From: Paraphysomonas bandaiensis
Taxonomy: Eukaryota > Protista > Chrysophyceae
Direction of reading: 5' to 3'
Length of the DNA: 47,647 bases
Assembly (NCBI GenBank): GCA_965644295.1
Contig: CBFFRP010000460.1
Coordinates: 1 to 47,647, forward strand
Shown here: one piece after another, positions 1-12,906 of the stretch
Layout of the letters: the number at the start of each line of letters is the position of its first letter
How positions within the stretch are numbered: the stretch's first letter is position 1
The notes under the pieces: model-generated
Seen by the model: the letters and a program-made list of their open reading frames with translations, nothing else
Told to the model about the DNA's origin: nothing
The model's database searches: none
Translations under genes and position numbers: made by a program

Positions 1-734
1 TAAACAGTAAAAATATGAAACTTAGTCTGATAACTGATTACGACTTTACACGGTGCTATGGATATATGTTGTACTGTATATATTGGGTTCCACTTTAGTG
101 AAAAAGAATAATCTCATTATTTTGATTAGTGATCATCTTACTGGTTACGGCTTAATCTTGCTTAGAACAGACAAAGTATTGTCAACTACAAGGTAATTGT
201 TAGAACTGGACTATACACTGAAGTTAACCTTGCTCTACACGTAATCCGTAGACCTACTTTCTTGAACTCAACAGACTTTTTTAGACACATCCTGCCTACT
301 GGAGGGTGATACAGTATACAAACTCCCAAGGGGACTTTCTCTTCGGTACAGTATACAGTAGTATGTACGTGTATATGGGTATGCATATTCCATTTTATAA
401 TATAAACGGTACATATATATACTATATATCTGCTAGTTTCCTGTATATGAGCAGATATTTCGGGCTCTTCAAGATGGTGTTCACAGCAGTGTATAGTCTG
501 GAGAGGAGATGAGCAGTCGCTGTCTCAGATACCTATCAACATATTCACATATTCAATATATGAACTTATCCAACACATGCATTCATCATACTCTTTTCTT
601 CAAAAGTAAATTCATCAGAAGATAGCACTGCTGTCCATCAGTGCTATATACTTATATATATAGCTGTTCTGCTGTAGATATCTCTTATATAATAGAAGTA
701 CTGTCTTGGACATGACCGGTATACAGCCAGTGGG

Positions 735-1045
735 TATATATGTATGTGTTGAAGAGGCAGGTTATCCTGGACCAAAGGTAACACACGAGATAGTCGGAAG
801 AACATATTATAATATATCTAGAGTGCTGTGTGAAATATTTTGTAAGCTTTGTACGTGTTTTACGCAAAAGAAACTGTGCGCTAAACCACAGGATATGAAA
901 CCTATAATAACGTTCACATATAATGAGCGCTCTCAAGTTGACTTAATTGACATGTAGGCTCTCCCGTATAATGAGCATCGGGTGGATTTTGAATTATCAA
1001 GACCACCTAACCAAATTGAATGCACTGAGGGCTCTGATATAAGAT
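735..1045 (+). pseudogene. Ginger2/KRBA2-SCAND3-like integrase (transposase) fragment
   Basis: Translates as CVEEAGYPGPKVTHEIVGRTYYNISRVLCEIFCKLC (degenerate H2C2 Zn-binding region), then KPIITFTYNERSQVDLIDM* (first catalytic Asp region, stop at 955-957). After a frameshift it continues WILNYQDHLTKLNALRAL, the QVDLIDM...ILNYQDHLTK signature of KRBA2/SCAND3-type integrases. Confidence 0.85.
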
Positions 1046-1197
1046 AGGTTTTATATCTTGAATTTTACGCACAGTTTCTTTTGTATATAACACACACACA
1101 GCTTACAAGAAAAAATTTCACATAGCACTATAGAATATTTTCTACCGACTGTCTCGTATGTTACCCTTCTCAAAACAATCTCTTATGCTGATCCATG

Positions 1198-1404
1198 TGT
1201 ATGTATGTATGTATGTATGTATGTATGTATGTATGTATGTATGTATGTATGTATGTATGTATGTATGTATGTATGTATGTATGTATGTATGTATGTATGT
1301 ATGTATGTATGTATGTATGTATGTATGTATGTATGTATGTATGTATGTATGTATGTATGTATGTATGTATGTATGTATGTATGTATGTATGTATGTATGT
1401 ATGT
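1198..1404. repeat. (TATG)n microsatellite array A
   Basis: Near-perfect tetranucleotide array ending about 105 bp upstream of the ATG at 1512. Confidence 0.98.
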
Positions 1405-1511
1405 GTGTATGTATTATCTGGTATACAGGGGGGTTGATGTGTTGATATGGATTGTTGTTCATAGATATTCGTATATGTGTATGTGTGTATAGAGATGGTC
1501 TGAGGAGTATC

Positions 1512-4080
1512 ATGTCATCACCTTTCTCATTTCCCCCCACTTCCTTACCCCCATTCAACCACCTCTCCTCCACCGATGATGTATATCTGGACACAGCAGG
1601 GAGGTGCGTGTTGCCTGTATCTGTACAGCAGGAGGGGTATGCATCAGTCGCATGGAAGGTACAGATATATACATACATAGTACTTCATAACAACTTACTT
1701 ACACTCATATCTTCCATATCCACACAGGCAAATCCATGGAAACCTCTGCCTGGATACGATGATATGATCAGAGATGTGTTTTGTCGTCTTATAGAGGCGG
1801 AGTCTATGCACTGTATATCATTCGCTCCGTCCACTGCATTTGCTATGACTTTAGCCGCTAGAAATATATATCGTACGGGTGCATTAAGACCTGGACGGGT
1901 CGTGTTGTTAATGGAGAGTGAAATGGAGTCGAATGTTTATCCTTGGCAAGATATTTGTCGGTTGTCTGGAGCCAGACTCGTGATAGTTCCAACACCAATG
2001 TATCACTCGTCCTGGACAGAAGAAATTGTAGCCTATATCGAGAGGATAGGTCCCGATGCTATTGCAGTGATGGCCATATCTTGTGTTCATTGGTGTAGTG
2101 GAGAGCTGATTGATGTTGAATGTATGTATGGGAATGTTTTCCGTTGCTACTGTTCTTTTGTGCTCTGACCATTAGCATTCGAATAACTTGAGTTTACTCT
2201 AATAAATATTATTTTATATAGGCATATCTCGAAAACTACGGGAAAGAAACCCCAGGACGGAGCCTGCGTTGGCCTCTTATGTTTGCGTCGATGGCACCCA
2301 GTCAATCGGAGCTCAGCCGATCAATGTCCAGGCCGTCCAAGCCGATTTTGTAGCGTGTTCGGTACATAAGTGGCTCCTATCTCCCTATGGAATGAGTATA
2401 ATGTATCTTCACCCTAGGCATCACGACACATGGGAGGCACTGGATAAGCATGATAGGAACAGGGCCGGAAATGATGAGGCAGAGTGGGTGGAGGTCGGGT
2501 TCATGCAATTGCCAGTCGCGGATGGGAATGGAGATGATTGCTCAGTTGGAGAGGTGGGGTATCCTAATGTGTGCAAATATGGAGCCAAGCGCATTAACTC
2601 GGCAGGTCGTCCCAATCCCATCATCTTACCAATGGTATATGAAGGTTTGCGTCTGCTCATGGAATGGAAAGTTGAAAATATAAATGCATACCTGTCTCAA
2701 CTAATAGAGCACTTTGCGTTTAGAGTTACGTCATACAATTCTGCGAGCACATCATCAAATCACTTTAATCCAATTGCACTACGAATTTTATCGAAGCCAC
2801 GTCGTTCTGGACACATAATCGGTATTGAAATTCATCCGAACTGTAACTTATCCCCGGGGCTCATTTGTAAACGATTGAAGCAGCAAGGAGTCCATGTTTC
2901 TTGTCGGCAGAAATATATACGTGTTTCGCCATATGTTTATAACAGTACTGCTGAGATGGACAAGCTCTATAATACTTTGGAGCAAATATTGCTGAGTACT
3001 GGGGTCTCGTCTACACCTTACCCCTCCTGTATCCTTCCAGTTGTGCGACGGAAGAGAATACTGGTTGTTGGAGGGTCGGGGTGGCTGGGTCAACGCATCT
3101 GCAAGAATTTTTTGCACTCCACCATGGATGTCGAGTTGCATGTGACTTATACTTCTACTGAACCTGTTTTTATGCCGCACAAGAAACACTGTTATAAAGT
3201 AGATTTTTCGGATTCGAGTTCTGGCATTGAGGATGTAATAGAGAAAGTCGTTCCTGATGTGGTCATACACACTGCCGCCCAGTCATCACCTGCGCGTTGC
3301 GCTTCAGACCCGTCTACTGCCTACAAAATAAATTGTCCGGTTGAATTGGTTGTTGCCATTAAACAGTATTGCCCTAGTTCGCTTTTGTTGTTCATGTCTA
3401 CGGATCTTGTGTACAGCGGAGATGAAGCGTGCGTACCGTTTTTTCCTGGAATACCTGTTTCAACGCCGTCAACTGTATATGGGAAGACAAAAAGTAGTTT
3501 CGAAAATGAAGTATTGACTCTATCTCATGGACTAATTCTTCGTTTGAGCAATATGATTGGAGGGGGATACGTCTATACACCTCCTTGTAATGGTGGGTCT
3601 GTAAAGTTCCTGCAGTGGGTAAACACCTGCTGTTTGAAGAAGGACATGATTAGTTTGAAATCGGATGAATATCGATCTTTTGTTTTTGTGAATGATGTAG
3701 TGAAACTGATATCTAGTATCACTGAAGCGTATCTCAGTAATGACCTGTCTGAGAACCACATCTGTTGGCAGCAGAGGGTATATAACGTAGGAGGACCGCA
3801 AGGGCTTAGTAGACTTCAGTTCGCAGAAATTGTTGCACGTGCACAAGGATGTACATTAAAGGTTTGCAATACTAGCGACACATCGGATAATGACGACAGC
3901 AAAGGATGCAACAAGTGGATGGTGACGTCTGTACTTAGTGCCGAGATGCGCAATACAGGATCGCCATCTGAATTTCCTCCACAGAATGTCACCATGGACT
4001 CATCTCTAACGACGACACATTTTGGAGTAGAGTTTCAAAGCATAGAAGATGGAATAAAAGATGCGCTACGATCATTCTGA
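1512..4080 (+). CDS. Fusion of PLP-dependent aminotransferase class V (cysteine desulfurase/EgtE/isopenicillin-N-epimerase-like) and RmlD/MAT2B-like extended SDR; exons 1512-1658, 1728-2121, 2222-4080
   Basis: N-terminal motifs YLDTAG, SNVYPWQ, VHWCSG, VDGTQSIG and PLP-lysine SVHKWLLSPYG. C-terminal motifs ILVVGGSGWLG, HTAAQS, STDLVYSG and YGKTK (YxxxK). GT-AG introns 1659-1727 and 2122-2221 keep the frame. The two domains join within one exon. Confidence 0.85.
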
Positions 4081-4858
4081 GTACATACCCGTAGATTTTT
4101 AAAAAAGAACTGGAAAGTATAGGGAAATATATTTTATTACTTCGAGTGGAATCAAGCTAGAAAATGTGGTTGTAGTTTTCATTTTGTCATGGCAAAATAT
4201 ACATGCCACTGATTTCGATTTCGTACAAAACTTGAGGTGTCGCTATTAGGAATCATGATAGTAAGAACGGTATTTTTTAATTTAAGATGTTATCTGGTGA
4301 AGTATTTTCGTCTTCTATTAACATATATACAGTATATTTCTGGTTAATGATGATAAAAACTAATAATGTAGTACACTGTATACTGCAAAATATAGAAGTA
4401 TTGTTGGGCCGGTGTAAATGACTCCATCAATATTATTGGTAAGACGCCGTCTAACAATGGTATTGCAATATATTGTTCCCCAGTGGTCGACAACTAACCC
4501 CATATTTGTGATTGTATAGATCGTAGCTCAAGTATTTAATATTTATGACTGGTAGTAAGCAGTAATGTCGGTAGAGTCTAATCACATAATCAGTAATACA
4601 TGTAGACCTTCATGAATATTCCCTTGCAAATAATATTCATGTAGATATATCAAAACACGATACTATGAAATTGTTGTGATAAATGCTGTGTATTGGCCAG
4701 AAGCCAGAATAATGACGATTACTTGGAGTAGAAATGCCAATAATATATTACCTTGGAAGATATACACTGTTACGATTGTCTAAGTTAGCTACAAGTTAAG
4801 CCATCAAAGAACGTCTGTAGCTGTATTTACATCAGTACTTTCCAAGACATACTGAACT

Positions 4859-5351
4859 TCAACCTTCCGCAGTCCAGGTGGTTCCTCTATCACTACTGAT
4901 GAAACTAATCTCCCGAACAATATCAAGAGCTGTATATATAATATATTAGTAAATAACACACATTCATGATGAAGGTACCTGTATCCTCTAGAGGTGTAAG
5001 AGTGAACTCTGCTCTAGTGGTTTGGTTACCTTTAATACTCTCAACACCACTACCAGATGCACACTGACTGAGCTCACGTCTAATAGATAAGAAATGTTCC
5101 TGTAACGGTTCATATGAGCACTTATTATATGATTATATTCAGATTATATATACCTCATCTGTTGCTAATTCACCTGCATATGCTTCCATATCCTCTGAGC
5201 TGATATCAGGTGGAACAAATGTAGAACAGAAATCTATAATAGCAGCTACACGTTCAACTGATCCAACTGGATGAGAGATAGCTGTGTCACAGAGATCTAC
5301 CCATCGTAATAACTGGGCACGTAAATTCTCGTTTTTAAGGGTAGCAGACAT
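4859..5351 (-). CDS. Small hypothetical protein, about 130 aa, 3 exons
   Basis: MSATLKNEN...ELATDE / EHFLSIRRELSQCASGSGVESIKGNQTTRAEFTLTPLEDT / ALDIVREISFISSDRGTTWTAEG*, joined by two short GT-AG introns (about 5100-5153 and 4932-4978). Confidence 0.7.
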
Positions 5352-5397
5352 AGTTCACAATAATGTAACCAGACCTAATAAACACCTCCAACACAAC

Positions 5398-5606
5398 CAT
5401 GTATGTATGTATGTATGTATGTATGTATGTATGTATGTATGTATGTATGTATGTATGTATGTATGTATGTATGTATGTATGTATGTATGTATGTATGTAT
5501 GTATGTAGGTAGGTAGGTAGGTAGGTAGGTAGGTAGGTAGGTAGGTAGGTAGGTAGGTAGGTAGGTATGTAGGTAGGTAGGTATGTAGGTAGGTAGGTAG
5601 GTAGGT
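5398..5606. repeat. Compound (TATG)n-(TAGG)n microsatellite array B
   Basis: TATG units to about 5505, then TAGG units to about 5606; lies between divergent ATGs at 5351 (-) and 5709 (+). Confidence 0.97.
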
Positions 5607-5708
5607 ATATGGGAGGTACAGGTACAGCATGTGTATATATATGACAATGTGTTGTGTTCATTATATTCGATATATCAGGGTGGAGGTGTCTCATATAGTA
5701 TACACACC

Positions 5709-6913
5709 ATGCTGTTATATTTATTTCTAAACTTATGCTTATCTCTACTAGTTACTCCCATATATAGTTCCCAGTGCAGCTCCTATCCGGACTATCAGTG
5801 TACTGGTACTGAATTCTATGATAAGACAACAGGATTCACTAACGATACAGGTACATACAGACAATACAGACATACACACACGTCTATATATATCTATAGC
5901 TGTATATACAGGTGCATACATGTATATACATCTCTCTCTCTCTATATATATATATATATACATATACTGTGCAACATATATATATATGTGTCTACCTATG
6001 TATACATACGTACATAGTTAATATAGTCATATGCACACAGGATATTCTACATCATCACCAGATACATGTTGCCAGATCTGTCTCCCTGGCACTCCGCCAA
6101 CAGTCTGTTTTGATTCCAATGATAAGGAGTGTGCCAGTAAGACTGGTAATGCGGACTATGACTATCTGCTGTTCGATCAAATATGGATCCCTCAGTTCTG
6201 TGCTAGTGTCGAGAATGGATTCGACCCCACACTCACTCATATGGACGGCATGCGGTGTATGAAGGACTCCACTAGTTCCACGAAGCTGTCCATTCACGGC
6301 TTGTGGCCTAACTACTGGAATGGATATCCCCAGTGTTGCAACTCGTCATCGGCGCCGTCGTTAGCACTAGTGCCGATTGAAGTCGAGAAGTGGGATATTT
6401 ATCCCTTATTGCAAGAAGAGTGGGCGGACCCATTATTGAACACTGAGTGTGCTACTTGCTACATGCTCAACCACGAGTTTCTTAAGCATGGCGGCTGCTA
6501 TTCTCCAGGTGTCTATTCAGCATGCGGGATGTATATATGTTTACTACATTGCAATTGAATCGATTATTGAATAGTCTAGTCCATATATTGTGTGTCACGT
6601 TTTTTGTACAGGAAACCCGTATAAATACTTCAATGACACACTGGCTATTTCAAGCCGGATTGCCGCGATGACTTCTCGTCTCAATTCGTTTGCGGGAACC
6701 ACCGTACCAACATCGACGGTTGCATCCCTATTTCCTGCGGCAGTAAATGTTCTTTGTGATCCCCACAGTGGCCTCAAGCAAGATGGTAATACAGGAGCAT
6801 TTCTGGAGTTGAGAACATGCTGGAGTGTGTCAGGAGAGCCAATTGACTGTCCACCGTCTTCGGCGGGAACTTTTACAGAACCATGCCCAACTAATACTAT
6901 GTTTCTGGAGTAA
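5709..6913 (+). CDS. Secreted ribonuclease T2 family protein; exons 5709-5850, 6041-6508, 6612-6913
   Basis: Signal peptide MLLYLFLNLCLSLLVTPIYS; CAS I LSIHGLWPN; CAS II NHEFLKHGGC; C-terminal FLELRTCW; in-frame GT-AG introns. Confidence 0.92.
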
Positions 6914-7772
6914 CACCGTGAGTTGTCCTTGTATTGAGCATAGAATCTGTTTTGACGTCTTGATAATGCTGATATACTGTGCGATGGCTGCAGTATTTTG
7001 CCAGATCTGAAAAGTAACCATTGTACATAATTAGAGTGGTTTGTTCTTGGGAAATATTACTCAACCTAATTTAATTGGTTGAATTACCTAGTCACATTAA
7101 TTTTGGTGTAAATTCCTAGTCAAAGTAATAAATGATTCCAACTAGTCAATTTTTTGGCGTTAAACCTAGTCGTCCTTATATCCATGGATTTCACATAGTG
7201 ACCGTCAAGAAACTTGCTTACACCACATATCATATTAACGGCTTGCAGAGCAAAACAAATATTCTAATAATGCAATTAATTATTAATTCATGTACCTATA
7301 CATCTACTTACATAGTGTACGTACTATCTTATATAAAGATGAATCCTAATAGGAGGAAATTACTCCAATTGACCAGGTTCAACAGTAGATCCCCTTGTTC
7401 CTTCACACCAGCTGATATGTGTATGATCCAAGCTAAAGACATTTTTCAAGTCATACTTGCCTTTTTTTAAAGTAAATTCTTGTGAACTAGATACTAGATT
7501 AATACAACATGCTGCTTACTGATTAATACAACATCTTAGTACAGACATTGAATATTTAATTAGTGAAAACCAACAATTCCAGAATTAAAACCACAAAAGG
7601 ACAAGGCTAATATCCTTAACAAGATAGGAAATAGCACTACAGAACTGTCGATAATGCAATATACGTACCCAGAACAAATTAAAGTATACGAAAATGCTGA
7701 GCAAACTTATACACGATAGATTTCCACTTTAGATATAATGCGCGGTACTATACCTGCGCCTACTGCCACTCT

Positions 7773-8690
7773 TTACTGTTTGAGTTTACTTGAAGACTGC
7801 GCATTCTTTAGTGCCTCATTTACAGATGATGATGAGGTTTTCGATTTACTGGCACTCTCCTTAGACTTTGTACTTTTGTTCCACTTTTTGGTACTGTCAT
7901 TAGACTTCGAGCTCTTGTTAGACTTATTGGCACTTCCAGTAGACTTCGAGCTCGTGCCTGACTTACTGGCACTTCCAGTAGACTTCGTGTTCGTGCTTGA
8001 TTTACTGGCACTCCCAGTAGACTTTGTGCTCGTGCTTGATTTACTGGCACTTCCAGTAGACTTCGAGCTCGCGCCTGACTTACTGACACTTCCAGTAGAA
8101 TTTGTGCTCGTGCCTGATTTAGTGGCGCTCCCAGTAGACTTCGAGCTCGTGCCCGATTTACTGGCACTTCCAGTAGACTTCGAGCTCGTGCCTGACTTAC
8201 TGGCACTTCCAGTAGACTTTGTGCTCGTGCCTGACTTACTGGCGCTCCCAGTAGACTTCGAGCTCGTGCCCGATTTACTGGCACTTCCAGTAGACTTCGA
8301 GCTCGTGCTTGACTTACTGGCACTTCCAGTAGACTTCGAGCTCGTGCCCGATTTACTAGCGCTCCCAGTAGACTTCGAGCTGGTGCCCGATTTACTGGCG
8401 CTGGCGCTCCCAGTAGACTTCGAGCTCGTGCCTGACTTACTGGCACTCCCATTTGTCTTCGAGCTCTTGTTCGACTTCTTATTTTTTTTCTTTTTGTTTG
8501 TCACTTCTTTATCAATTTGATGTTTTGCCACATCTTCCTCTATTGCAGCAGCCAAATCTTTTGCATGTTTAATTGCATTATTGAAGTTTTGTACTCCATT
8601 CGAATTCGTATTCTTAATAGCCTCTGATGTAATCGATGTCCAGGCAAGAATAAACGATAACAATAAAACGATCAATGATGCTTTAATCAT
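7773..8690 (-). CDS. Secreted Ser/Lys/Thr/Gly-rich tandem-repeat protein (305 aa)
   Basis: Signal peptide MIKASLIVLLLSFILAWTSITSEA, a basic KKKKNKK stretch, then about 14 copies of GSASKSGTSSKST. Confidence 0.8.
   Translation of the reverse strand: MIKASLIVLLLSFILAWTSITSEAIKNTNSNGVQNFNNAIKHAKDLAAAIEEDVAKHQIDKEVTNKKKKNKKSNKSSKTNGSASKSGTSSKSTGSASASKSGTSSKSTGSASKSGTSSKSTGSASKSSTSSKSTGSASKSGTSSKSTGSASKSGTSTKSTGSASKSGTSSKSTGSASKSGTSSKSTGSATKSGTSTNSTGSVSKSGASSKSTGSASKSSTSTKSTGSASKSSTNTKSTGSASKSGTSSKSTGSANKSNKSSKSNDSTKKWNKSTKSKESASKSKTSSSSVNEALKNAQSSSKLKQ
7900..8470. repeat. 39-bp coding minisatellite, about 14 copies
   Basis: Unit approximately ctggcacttccagtagacttcgagctcgtgcctgactta on the + strand. 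Confidence 0.95.
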
Positions 8691-10311
8691 AGTAATGAAG
8701 ATATCAATATAAGTAACTGGGAGATGATGAAGTGAAAGTCTTGTAATCTGAGATATCTACTGCTCTCTACTTGGAATTAGTTATAGCCAGAGCTCTGTGG
8801 TACATACACACACATGCACATGCATGCAGTATGCACAGTTGTGTCATATGTATGTATAGATGATGCAACGTAACATACAATGATGTAACTGTAACGTAAT
8901 ACAGTGTAACTGTACCGTATTCCCTGTATTCCAGAGGTATTTCATTGGTATTCTTTTTGATGAGAACCACATGCCACGTACAGGAATACAGTTGTTATAC
9001 GTCATGTATTCTAAGTACACAAGCAAGCAATATACAGCCATATATCGAGATATATCGAGAATGCGCTGTATACTGTACAGTAGATATACAGTATGTACAG
9101 TATGTAACACTGTGAAAATCTCAGAAACACAGGAATAAGTGGCTTTTTTGACTTTTATATTATAGGAATCGAAATACTGTGATTTTCCTATTTAAATACT
9201 CGGATTTTAGCAACCATCTATGAACTCAATCCTGATAAGTGTTTGAAATGAGGACATACAGTACATTCACTAATAGACTTAACAGCATAGCAGACTACTA
9301 AACATACACTTGAAATCTTTCTATTTCATTGTCAAATGTTTATTCCTTTGTATTCAATCAGATAACATTCTTAGAGAACGATTACTGTACTATTACTAGA
9401 TTACTAAGAGCAGCTACGTTAACTAGATGACTTATTGGAGTCATATATATTGACTTGCATTCAACATTCCATCTCGCACTCAACTCAATGTATAGAACTC
9501 CAATAGTTATAGACTATGATTGGTACTGTAGTCTTTCTCTATGAATGAGATATGCTCAGTCCCAAAGAAAATTGTCAATCTATTAACGGCTTAACAATAT
9601 TTGAGGTGTATACTATATTTGACTATATACACTTATTATACTTGTACTTCTAACTCGGAAGTTGCACAGCATGCAAACATTTCTAAACCTTACACCACAT
9701 TAGAACTCGAATGATTCTGGCATAGCATACACCACTCACTGTATTAGATAGACATGATCTTGAACGATGTGCTTTCATTTGCTTGATACTTTAACTTGAA
9801 TAGTCAACATCATCACAGAACTCTGCTGCGTTGTGTTGCCGCCGTATACACAATCCTCTACCCCAAAACAAAAAGTCGGGCGTGGCCATGCTTCTGTTGT
9901 GCTATATTAAATGTCCTCAGTATATTTGATTGTGCTGTTTACTAGGCCAATTTCTTTCATGATGGTACTCTAACAATGTAACTGTAGTGTCGTTGACTGA
10001 GAACATTTTTGGGGAATTACTTGATTGAGTTGTTGCAATGCTCCCTCTACGAGAAACCGCACCATGCGTGCGTGGAAGTATGTATCTATGTATGTCGACG
10101 ATCATTACAAGGTTACATTTTCGACTTTTAACTAAGACATAAAATTCATTAAATTTTATTAAATCAGCTTATTAAATCTGCTTGTTCAATACAACTACAG
10201 TATCAAAAAACGCTTAATAAATAGAATTTCAGATACATTTTCAAAATATCACCAGGTTTTGTGATCACAACGACTCAAAAGCACATATTATTCGCCCCTT
10301 TGATATACTCC

Positions 10312-12086
10312 CTAGCAACTCTCCAACTTAGATACGGCGGTGTCAAAGTCGGATTCAAGATCGGCAAAAGACGTCTCTACCAATGTACCAATAGAGTCAT
10401 CAACTGATCGCTGAATGACATCCTCTGTAAGACTCGAAAGGTCAATCAAATCTGCAACACCTGGAACAGGAATGGATTCAACAGTTTCCTGTAGAGGTGC
10501 GACAAGGTCTGACGACGGCGCAATGACCTGGTCTTCAAGTGGAGATTGCAACACACCACCAAGAATATCACACAAAAGACTTTTCATTGACAATTTTGCA
10601 TCGTGTGAGAAGCGGGACAACACTTCTGATAATATATCTGATGGGGGTAGTTTGGACTCTTCACCACTTTCAGAAATAGCAACATAGAAGGCATGCACCC
10701 CGCGATGCGAAAGGTCCCGTATCGCGTCCATGGTGTCAAACACTATATCGTCGAGGGTAAAATCGCCACCCAGAACCTGACCTAGGACTTCTAGTTCCTT
10801 CTCATACATTCCCATCAAGATTTCATGGGCCCCTTTAACGGGGCCAACATTCGTGCAGTCAACCAAATTATGAGCACGCTTAGTAGTAGAGAGAATGCGT
10901 TCTTCTGAGCAGTTTCCTTCCGATATTTGTGTTCGCATATGTGTAGCAAATCCTTCAATTGCGGATACATAAGCTTCTGCCACGTACTTTCCACAAGCTT
11001 TCAACACAGGAGAACACACCTTCCCACCAACATCATTCAAAAATGGATCAACTTTCTCGTTCACACTCTCGGCGATTCTTTCTTTCAAAATGACTTCCTG
11101 TTCGAACAGAGGTTCTAAAAGGGATGTCGCTGCATTTTCGATTTCAGCCCGCACACCCCTACAGGCAGCAGAGGCACTTGCCCAGGCGGAGCCCACAGAT
11201 GTCATTACGGTAGAGCGCACCATTTTGCGGATTGCTTTCTCAGTGACTTTGCGAAGAGGGTTTTGAGGGATTGAGTCCAAGACCTCTTGGATTAGTTCAC
11301 GGTACAAGATAGATTCGCACAGCTCACCCAATTGCTCCGCCTCACTGTAATTAATACGAAAACTACCATAGTAACCTATACGCAGCACAAGCACGGATAA
11401 GTATTATTTTCCATGTTACGTCACCTAACAAAATACGCACCGAAATGCCAGCGCAATGCGCGATATGCTTTGCCAAAAGCTTTTGCCAAGAGTTTATCTT
11501 CGTTTTCAGGTGGACCTGCTTTCTTGCATGCGTTCTTAAGAACCTCCATCCATGCTTCCTTTTCTTCAGCTGTTTCAAACTTCATATAATAAGTGCGCCT
11601 ACTTTCATCTGATGGCACCACGCGGATACCGTAAGGTGCCAATGCACCTTCATCATCGGACTTGGGACTGTATCCACTACAGTGAATCGATCCCCTTAGA
11701 GTACCCCCCTCTTTCTCATAGTAATCAATTCTGTAGTTATCAACTTTATTGAGTGCTACAAAATAGTTGAGCTTCCAGTTCTTCGCAAAGGCACATTGCT
11801 ACGTACATATCCATATATAAGCTCACATATATAAACACACATAACATACAGCAATAAGCATTACCTTAGTCACATTACCACTAAGCAATTCATCTTCAGG
11901 AGTTGGAATATCAGGTAATTGTCGTTCATCATCTTCATCAGGTTGAGCATTCTCTTTAATAGACTCGATAAGAGCCTCTTTGTAAGACACTGGAAATATA
12001 CGAGAAAATTCCTTTATGAAATCAGAGATGATTTCCTGCATACGAGCCTGTTTGGCTTCATCGAAAGTAGAGAGTTGAGAACCCAT
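10312..12086 (-). CDS. Niban/FAM129-like protein: N-myristoylation motif, PH domain, helical C-terminal region; exons 12086-11865, 11798-~11441, 11375-10312
   Basis: Starts MGSQLS (Gly2/Ser6). PH-like LLSGNVTK/QCAFAKNWKLNYFVA...YYMKFETAEEKEAWMEVLKNAC, then AFGKAYRALRWHFGYYGSFRINYSEAEQLGEL, resembling the Niban post-PH motif. Confidence 0.75.
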
Positions 12087-12155
12087 GTTGATGTAGGTTA
12101 GGATATATATGATATATGATGATTGAGAGGAATTAGTGGACAGTAACCTTGAAAG

Positions 12156-12700
12156 ATACATACATACATACATACATACATACATACATACATACATACA
12201 TACATACATACATACATACATACATACATACATACATACATACATACATACATACATACATACATACATACATACATACATACATACATACATACATACA
12301 TACATACATACATACATACATACATACATACATACATACATACATACATACATACATACATACATACATACATACATACATACATACATACATACATACA
12401 TACATACATACATACATACATACATACATACATACATACATACATACATACATACATACATACATACATACATACATACATACATACATACATACATACA
12501 TACATACATACATACATACATACATACATACATACATACATACATACATACATACATACATACATACATACATACATACATACATACATACATACATACA
12601 TACATACATACATACATACATACATACATACATACATACATACATACATACATACATACATACATACATACATACATACATACATACATACATACATACA

Positions 12701-12734
<34 letters not shown>

Positions 12735-12906
12735 CATACATACATACATACATACATACATACATACATACATACATACATACATACATACATACATACA
12801 TACATACATACATACATACATACATACATACATACATACATACATACATACATACATACATACATACATACATACATACATACATACATACATACATACA
12901 TACATA
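12156..12906. repeat. (ATAC)n microsatellite array C, about 750 bp
   Basis: Almost perfect array with one variant near 12730; between divergent ATGs at 12086 (-) and 13182 (+). Confidence 0.98.

Noticed and set aside
7738-8520. 260-aa hydrophobic + strand ORF (LLALPVDFELVPD repeats)
   Set aside because: Antisense shadow of the 39-bp repeat; the minus-strand ORF has the signal peptide and unique flanks.
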